A DNA stretch of 64,000 nt from Neophaeotheca triangularis (Eukaryota). The notes beneath the pieces were generated by a model, which had not been told where the DNA came from, did no database searches, and saw only the letters and a list, made by a program, of their open reading frames with translations. The stretch is from NCBI GenBank assembly GCA_054600435.1, contig BAAIJX010000002.1, positions 868,001 to 932,000 of the forward strand. The letters are read 5' to 3'. Positions within the stretch are counted from its first letter, which is position 1. Every line of letters begins with the position of its first letter. Of this stretch, positions 57,401 to 64,000 are shown in pieces. The translations under genes were made by a program, and so were the position numbers.

Positions 57401-59296
57401 GTCGTTTCTAGGCGGGACCTCGATCGCAAATTATCCGACAATTCTTTCTCTCGGCCATTTGCACGCAACCAGCCAAGGCCAAGCGTAAAGCCTCCAGGGT
57501 CGCTCTACAGCCAAATCCGCGATCTTGCGAGCCCAGTTGACAACACTTCGCAGCCTGTATCCAGCACAAGCGAGGGTTCTGAGGCGCCTTCTGCCGAGCC
57601 GAAGAGCAGTATTAACACTGACCAGCCAAGTACTTCAACGAATAGGACGAGTGCCGAGATGCACGACTTCTTCCAATTTTCAAGAAAAGTATCCGAACAG
57701 TCCTACAGCAGCAGCTCTGGAGGCAATGATCCATACAACGCGAATGCGAACCTGTCACAGCAAGAAGACGTTTGGCACGAATACAATGACTTCCTGGACG
57801 ACGTCAATATGCAGAGGACACCTATGTCAACCGGGTCTTCGCTCGGCGCCCCGTTCCAGTATTCGAGCGCTCTGCAAAATGAGCATCAACCCTCGGTGCC
57901 AGCGACACCGCAGCAGTTCTACGCACAGCTACCCTGGGGTTTGCCTCTCTCTGACCTGCCGGCCCCACAGCGAGCTTCGACCGTTCCAGCAGTGCTCACG
58001 GTGCCGCAGCAAATTGCACATTTCATGCAGCCCTCGATGTCGCCCCTGACTACCCCAAACACGCTGGCCGACTTTGTATCCGACTATGGTAACCGCAGCA
58101 GTCAGAGTCTGGCGCCCAATCATCGGACAAGTTTGCGGCAAGACCCCCCAACGTCCTCCCGCTACAGCAGTGGTTCACATCACTCATGGAACTCTTCTCT
58201 GCCGGAAGCCAGCGCGCGCAATTCTGTTCAGAAATTGACCTCTGCCACAAACCGTAGGAAGTCCCAGCTTGAAGGCATAGTCGAGCGCGACAACAAAGAT
58301 CGGGGATCACCAAACGCTAACCTCAGATACGGTGCGCTGATGACCAGCAAATGGCTCTCGTTTGGACGGGTGCTCTTCAGCCCTGCGCACAACGAGATGA
58401 GGCTGGCAGATGAGCCTCGAGTGCTCATCATTGATGGCCTTGGCGATGACTGGTCCTCTTACGTGGCATTTTCCTACCCAGCAGCGACTGTATACAAACT
58501 CGGGTCCCCAGCTGCCAACAACGCCGACATTTCCCGGCCACCACTGAACTGGAAGAACCTCCCAAACCTCCGACACATCCGTCACCCAAGCCTTGGGGCA
58601 CCCTTCCCTTTTCCCAAAGGCTTCTTCACCGCAGTGGTTCTTCGCTTTCCCGTCGCCACGACTGACGCCGCCTACCACGCCTGCATCTTCGAGTGCAAGC
58701 GCGTGCTCCGCCCTGGAGGCTACCTGGAAACCACCGTCCTCGACATCGACCTTGTGAACATGGGCTCCCGCGCTCGGCGAGCAGTCCAAGGCTTGAAGGT
58801 ACGCATGCAGCAACGCGACGAGAACACCAGCCTACGCAACCTGAGTGACGGTCTCGTTCGTTTGATTGGTCGACGAGGCTTTGAAGACGTTCAGCGCTGT
58901 ATCGTCGGTATCCCCACCGCAGGTCGCATCCCTCGCAGCCAAGATCTAGGCAGCGTCAGCTCCGACAGCTCCGGCAGGAAAGTCCCAGTCTGGCAACGCG
59001 AGTCCCGCAGCATCGCCGACACCGAGTTTACTTTTGCAGACCTCCTTGACGATGGCCTGCAGAGCAAATTCGGCTCTGGAAAAACCGACGAGGGCATCAC
59101 CAAAATGGTTGCCAAGGTCGGTCGCTGGTGGTACTCGAACTGCTACGAGAGCACGCTCTCTGGCTCGAGCAACGACTCCATCTGGAGCGACCGTGGCATT
59201 CTACGAGAATGTGAGAAGCAGGGCACGAGCTTTAGGTTATTGATCTGCTGTGCGCAGAAACCTACGCAGACGCGGCGGAGGACTGTGAGTGTGTGA
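54449..59296 (+). CDS. Large Ser/Pro-rich protein with a C-terminal class I SAM-methyltransferase-like domain
   Basis: Uninterrupted ORF of ~1615 codons; GPAAGTGHEGYGRFG, ALMTSKWLSFGRVLFSPAH, PFPFPKGFF and ECKRVLRPGGYLE motifs. Confidence 0.88.
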   Translation: MSTTTRSQPRHAPQSQDESTKSARRPSSSRLPTRTSISNTESERPVQHVSKLAKRTSKSMPGSEKSWEQSGASRMPQASMTAGQHNVPIASRDNVVAPSPEPPSAAHATQPTSRHTTPIPPPSSQTPSLVSGSSASTFDSPRSNMLRRKPTLEEQAARSQTGTPSMRKGRVMKQSRKEGQDEVFEDSILGITMPPTTTYDDNRLNVSTKAESHTGNSSYYARYRTNTVTPPTTFGYAASATPSTRYTDSPFSHVPTPSSVSSYSPSVAAVSSSTPQPHQSPPTVQEPPIAGRLPGKNVKSRLDLPPVRENSTSSSGSTIKRGDRTTATNRKSSVQNVQQPAPASIQTQTNRKPSATRKGLPAHNTGNSKAEQPVNRLPQQIPPELAHLNVDPPPQASLDKPLPPRRPSRDGTPSLPDLRDPSNVVQSDLPRLYTTYHKRNSSQETPNSATSPKPKSRFGFSTRSSSREASPRIDSAVPPPSPASHFTRDPTSEPKEPARPRLLRKDSPVIGPAPNPSKSPRFGLFSRKTPKEFTKPEKPKREKKKGPAAGTGHEGYGRFGFRGRSGSIATNSTVVRSPSADSNGTSSSSRPPASRSASNASNDRADMDEFLRERLNPVVLRGSGSTGISTVASSPDHTNDQQPPSSTTTLGSYTKPKLLPSALKNRDRSGSPLRRAGPPIGSQADSSEEDTATRHPTLAARRSYNRLNSEGKMPLRMPPPITTNTWGKKPSLNSYDEDDSAIPQTDSTLPDQKLPAREPFGGREGMWLRSGTPQPKPPSPKAHNKWNFFERAHSSPRDKRKENSIIMSDKEWRAAYQASRPAGRYPMLDSVEPVGLDEVELMLNESSTSEERSASSDMDRPQLVRYDRRYSGLLPSPPRRATEKFLNSKHSPSRIVVPQKSQESPELLRARMAVSRQAPNVVDIPRSPNISVADSSAGRQHLIPELSQDFQLPPAPHAVHTPELQQGTGSPKPSRLSPVGRIPNVVSRRDLDRKLSDNSFSRPFARNQPRPSVKPPGSLYSQIRDLASPVDNTSQPVSSTSEGSEAPSAEPKSSINTDQPSTSTNRTSAEMHDFFQFSRKVSEQSYSSSSGGNDPYNANANLSQQEDVWHEYNDFLDDVNMQRTPMSTGSSLGAPFQYSSALQNEHQPSVPATPQQFYAQLPWGLPLSDLPAPQRASTVPAVLTVPQQIAHFMQPSMSPLTTPNTLADFVSDYGNRSSQSLAPNHRTSLRQDPPTSSRYSSGSHHSWNSSLPEASARNSVQKLTSATNRRKSQLEGIVERDNKDRGSPNANLRYGALMTSKWLSFGRVLFSPAHNEMRLADEPRVLIIDGLGDDWSSYVAFSYPAATVYKLGSPAANNADISRPPLNWKNLPNLRHIRHPSLGAPFPFPKGFFTAVVLRFPVATTDAAYHACIFECKRVLRPGGYLETTVLDIDLVNMGSRARRAVQGLKVRMQQRDENTSLRNLSDGLVRLIGRRGFEDVQRCIVGIPTAGRIPRSQDLGSVSSDSSGRKVPVWQRESRSIADTEFTFADLLDDGLQSKFGSGKTDEGITKMVAKVGRWWYSNCYESTLSGSSNDSIWSDRGILRECEKQGTSFRLLICCAQKPTQTRRRTVSV

Positions 59297-59454
59297 TGAT
59301 GCGATGATATCCAAGCGACTCCGCTTTTCTTTTGACTCCATGCATCTACTCGACGACACGGCCTATCTTGACGACAATGATTCTATTATCGCCTAATACC
59401 CTTTCTTCAAGATGTGCACCACACAAGGGCTGGACCTAGTTGCATCATTGGCTC

Positions 59455-59458
<4 letters not shown>

Positions 59459-59485
<27 letters not shown>
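59459..59485. repeat. Poly(T) tract
   Basis: About 27 consecutive T downstream of the long ORF. Confidence 0.85.
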
Positions 59486-62400
59486 ATACTGCTTTCTGCA
59501 GCGTTTTAGCAAGCGAGTCAGGTCTCTTTCCGTATTTCCCCTTTCTGTCCACGGTCTCAGTGGTACTCTTTTGAGATGGCTCCTGCGCAGATGCATCTGG
59601 CCTCTCGGCCCCGGGCTCACGCCCGTGAATGAATGAATAAATGTATAGCGATTTTGAAGTCCCGGTGGTTTCGACTCAGGCGAGGAAATCTTTTATTTGG
59701 GGTACGTACGGCCTACTCTAGCCAATCGACGAGGTAGACGATAGCACGATGGCAATGAAGAAACAAACCGTGTTCAAGTGTCTGACCGACTGCCGACCAA
59801 GTGCGTATCTCTGGTGTTACATCTCTAGACAGCTTTCTCCAGCGGAGATCGATTGGTGCTGCACCTTATTGCTTTTGCAAGCCCGGCGGCAGACACTGCT
59901 GCCTATGTTGCCAGACCAGTGAACTTTTCGAGTGATCATAGACGGTACCACAAGCTCGAGTCGCCGCTACCGTGCATGCTCTGTCCTACAACCCTCTACC
60001 TCCAAACCCAAGACAAACCTCCCCCCCTTGTCGACTTGAAACTGCGAGCCATCCATCGCCATCCATACGCCGGAGCTCAGGGCCAAAACACAACCCCCAC
60101 GACACGAAACGAAAACCAAGCAAGTCAGCCGAAGAGCCGGAGATTCGACCGCTTTGACCGCGCTCGTCGCCACGCTACACAATCGGTCAACGATGCCCTG
60201 CGGAACAGCTTCCACGGATTCCACGCCGACCAGTGGGATGGAAACGGCAACGGCTCAGATCTCGCAGCGCTGTATGAGTGAGTGCATTGCACGAGCCTCG
60301 AGGAAATGGATACGAGCTTGTGTCGTTTCGTCGGAAAGCTCCCGGTCGTTGTCAGCTCGCGTGGGGCGGACGAGACCACACGCCCAGCTCAGCCCGGCTC
60401 ATGGGGCTGGACGGCGAATCCCCTGGCTTCTGGTTGGTATTGCTGCGATGTACATGACGAAATCTACACCGTCGCTGGTGTTGATGAGGGGTGCTGGTGG
60501 AGAGAAGCTATTGTTATTATTATTACCGAGCTCGAAAGCTGCAAGAAACCTGTGCGAAAGACCTAGGAAAGGTCCCACCCCGTTCTGTCCCATTGTGGGT
60601 TCCAAATCATCGAACTTGGTGGAACGATCTCGCATTGTGGATGACAATCGATCCATTGGTTAGCAATCCCTCTCCACGCCTCGTCCAACCGCAACCTTCA
60701 CAGTCCTCGTGGCCGCCGTGTTGTGTCTCGCGGCACGAGTGACGTGCTCAAGGCTGCAGAATCTCCAACCCGGCCGACTCGGCGTCATCTGTTGGACCTT
60801 ACAATCGCACCTTCCAGGAACAAAACTCTGGCATGTCGAGCGGGCCGACATGTTCCCCGGACTCGGAAGACTACAGCGCGAGTTCCCAAAGCAGTGTGCG
60901 ATCCAGGCCGGACCGACCTAAGTTGAAGCTCACGCTGCGAGTCGAACCATTGGAGCGTGACTTCTGTGCCACCGACAGTAGTCACAGTCTTGCTCGAGGC
61001 CGAAGGCGATGCCGTCGACGACGTTGACGCCATCAACGCGAGTCTAGATGCTTAGGCCGAAGCCTTCGACATGCCCGCCGACCGCATAGTCGTTGATGGA
61101 ACAGACCTTAGAAGTGCCGGTGATTAGCAGTGGGTATGCGAGCACCTACCCGTGCTATGACTGCTGGTCGGGCGGTTTTGCGGTGGTTGATGACAACGGC
61201 TTCTATGGACGAGGACACGCTTTTGTGAGGTTTGCAAGCCGCCAATACGACGACAGCGTCGGAGACCACGGGCCGCCCAACTTTGACGCCTATGTTGGGG
61301 TTGTGAGGAGCGGCGAGCACGGTCGACGGGCCTGACGGATGAGGGTTCGAACGGTATACCGCCGGAGGACTGGAGGGCTAGGCTGGCTTCTCAGGATTTG
61401 AGGAGGCTTCTACTGCGGAGAGCGACGATGACGGAGACGACGATGACACGGACGGGTAGGGTCTGGGGTTAGCCATGCTAATCTTCGAACATCGTGCCAA
61501 TGGTTGCGTGCGTTGAGGCCACGGACTTGCTGCGTTCCCTGAGAAGAGTCGTGTCCCACCACCTGACCAAAAGTCTGAGTGGCGGGTCACCAGCGACTAA
61601 CGACGCCTGTGAAGAAGCCTTGCAGGATGCCGATGGACCGTAGTCTGACATGGGCTTCGTGGACATACCTGTCCATGCCTGAGATCCCCGGCTTTGGAAG
61701 CCACAGTTGCCGATAGGTAGCTGAAGATTCTATGTAGTCCTCTCCATACCACGAGTCTCTGCTGTCTCTTTTCAAGACCTCTAGCCCCGGTAGTAGCTCT
61801 GAAATATGCGGCAGAATGCTAGAATTGCGATATGATAAGAGGTGGAAAGCAAATCGAGAAACGCTTGACGCGGAAGCTACTCTCAGCAATGCTACCGTGA
61901 AATCCAGACTATCGCACTCCATGGACTCTGGCCCCAGTCTTTGGTTGCCACCCTCGCTGCAAAGCAACCTCACCCATCTGGGCAATTATCTTGCAGTTCT
62001 GTCGTTCTCAGGCGAAGGAGAAATCTTGAGACCGGAGCTCTTACGTCCGTGACAAAACTGTACCTATCTACCTACCTACTTACCTACCTGCCGGAGAAGC
62101 AGAGGTGTGAGTGGAGAGAGCTTTGTGCAGTTGTAGTGTGGCGAGCTGAACCGTGGGGTCGGGAGCAGCAAGTGTGTATGTACTGTAGGTTCACTGCCTA
62201 GGTAGATGATGATTGATGGTTTGGAAAGAGGTGGAAGCTGGGAGCGGGTCGAGCGGGTGGGATTTGGGAAGTGTGTGCGTTGCGTAGGTGGTTGTTATCT
62301 AGGTGAGTAGGTAGGTAAGTGGGTAGGTAGCTGGTGTTGCGTTGCAGCTTGGAGGGACGTGGAGGAGGCACGTGTTGGTGGAGGTGCGTGATGGTGAAGT

Positions 62401-63933
62401 AAAGGCATGGCGACTACTGTCGGGTAGATGAGCCTGTATCAATCTCTCTCATCGAGCACCGGCATCCTCGATAAGCAAAAGACTGCCGTGCCGCTGAACC
62501 AAACCCTCCCTCATGACTCGCGCGACCACTCCCACGCCTCGACCGCTGACACGAAGAAAAAAAGAAAAAAAAAAGAAAAAAGCAAGGTAAATATGCTGCG
62601 AGTAATGCGTACCTACCTGTACCTACCTATCCAACTCATACAGTACCTAGTACCTACCCCCCACAGCTCAACAATCCAACCCCCGCCTGTCGAACACCTG
62701 TACCTAGGTAAAATACAAGCCAAGGTGCCCTCGTATCGCACCCGAGTTGACCACCCTAACCCGACAAGTACCTACATACCAGAGCAGGAAGGTAGCTCGA
62801 GCGACAAAGGTATAGGAAAATGAAAATGCCGCAGCCGCAGTCGTCGCCAATACTCCTAAGGAATTGGCGCTGGAGACGGCGCCTCGTAACCGCTAGTTCC
62901 TAAAGGGCAGCGCTGGCGAGGGTACCCTATGCGTCGTCGTCGTTGTTGTTGGCCATGCGAGGAGAAGAGCAGCGAGCGGTATGTATTTCGTCGTTGACTT
63001 AGCACTAGGAAAATTGCTGGCTTGGTCGCTTAATTCTCGTTTTTTTTTTTTTTCATTGAGACCTACGTATAGATTTGAATCTCGGGCGCCGGCGGTGTGG
63101 CTTTCTCATAGGTGGGAGATGGGAGGGGAGGTTTGCTCCTCATTCCAAGACAGTGCTCGGGAGAGTTGCGAGCGAGTTGGGCAGGTCAGATGATACAGGT
63201 ACCTCCACTAAGCTGGGCACTGCAACTGCAACTGCAAATACATACCTACTAGACATACCTACTAGTAGGTACTGTACCTTAGCTAGGTAAGCAGGAATTG
63301 AGTGAAGCTAGGCGGTCGGGCAGATAACCTTAGACGACCCTTCTTATTACTGCTATCCGTCTGCTTTTAGCATCGTAGTAGTGAAGTCGTATCGAAGATA
63401 TTAAAGAAGAATTAAGGATAATGATGGTTATTTCATACAGATTATTATTCTTCACAGTTCTTACAGCGAGCGTGTGTATACATCATCGTCGCATCAAAAA
63501 CAAAAACATGAGATGCACAATTGCAGATCGAAGCAGACGTTGCTGCAAGGTGGAGCCGGGACTTGTTTCGTCACTTTATTTTATCCATCAATCAAATCAT
63601 CAATCAATAATAGTATCATCTTTAACCGGCTTTCCGCTTAAGTTTAGTCGATTTTGACACTGCTCTCGCCTGGTTGGCCGGCTTTGGATTAGCGAGGCGG
63701 ATGCATTATCATTGTTAATTATTGGCCATAGAAGAAAGAAAAGGTGCGCCGCCGCCGAAGCCGCCAAAGAGAGGGAGGGAGGTCGGAGAAAGAGTCCCAC
63801 GTCCTGTTTTGCACAGGCGCCGCCGCTTGACACTTTGTTCTGTGTCTTGTTAATGTCGTCGACCGCCCGCCCGCCCGCCTGTCCATGTCCATGTCCAGTG
63901 AGCCTATGTGCCGGTATCTCTCTCACTACTCTT

Positions 63934-63992
63934 TCTCTCTCTCTCTCTCTCTCGCTCCCAGCTCTGTCCTGTCCTGTCCTATCCTCTGTCCT
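63934..63992. repeat. (CT)n and (CTGTC)n microsatellites
   Basis: Directly visible. Confidence 0.8.
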
Positions 63993-64000
63993 GTGTGTGT

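Noticed and set aside
35024..59243. Numerous antisense or alternative-frame ORFs overlapping the called genes
   Set aside because: Shadow ORFs of GC-rich coding sequence with no independent evidence.
59853..62052. GC-balanced region with overlapping short ORFs on both strands
   Set aside because: Could be a decayed or lineage-specific gene, but no frame or domain could be supported.
62060..63290. (TACC)n/(GGTA)n repeats and poly-A/T runs
   Set aside because: Common low-complexity motifs of fungal intergenic and promoter DNA; not telomeric and no element structure.

Overview
Fungal genomic DNA, probably a filamentous ascomycete such as a Dothideomycete (inferred from GT-AG introns with CTAAC/CTGAC branch sites, a Zn2Cys6 factor and a strong RIP signature). 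Positions 1907-34719 are a 32.8 kb nest of four LTR retrotransposons, each with both LTRs and its target-site duplication (TSD) still readable. The outer element is a Copia (A, TSD GCCGC). It contains two copies of a chromodomain Gypsy: B1 (5464-24661, heavily RIPed, TSD TTACT) and B2 (26376-33517, lightly RIPed, TSD ATAGA). A 12 kb Gypsy (C, 9724-21777, TSD CTAC) sits inside B1. Mentally reverting RIP (TA back to CA/TG) shows that all three families carry an extra gene 3' of pol. C carries a ~1000-codon ORF ending in an HxD...H 2OG-Fe(II) dioxygenase-like domain, next to an array of 25-bp palindromes. A carries an antisense, intron-containing DUF3716-like Cys6 gene. B carries an antisense Cys6/coiled-coil ORF. 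The nest separates a Zn2Cys6 transcription factor from a diaminopropionate ammonia-lyase-like gene and an MFS transporter. The rest is ordinary genic DNA: a DUF1769 protein, a dehydrogenase pseudogene, an M20 amidohydrolase, a TRI12-like MFS, an AsaB/CmcJ-like oxygenase, an MMT-like CDF transporter, an Rdx protein and a long protein with a methyltransferase-like C-terminus. All family assignments come from motif recognition by eye, not from database searches.
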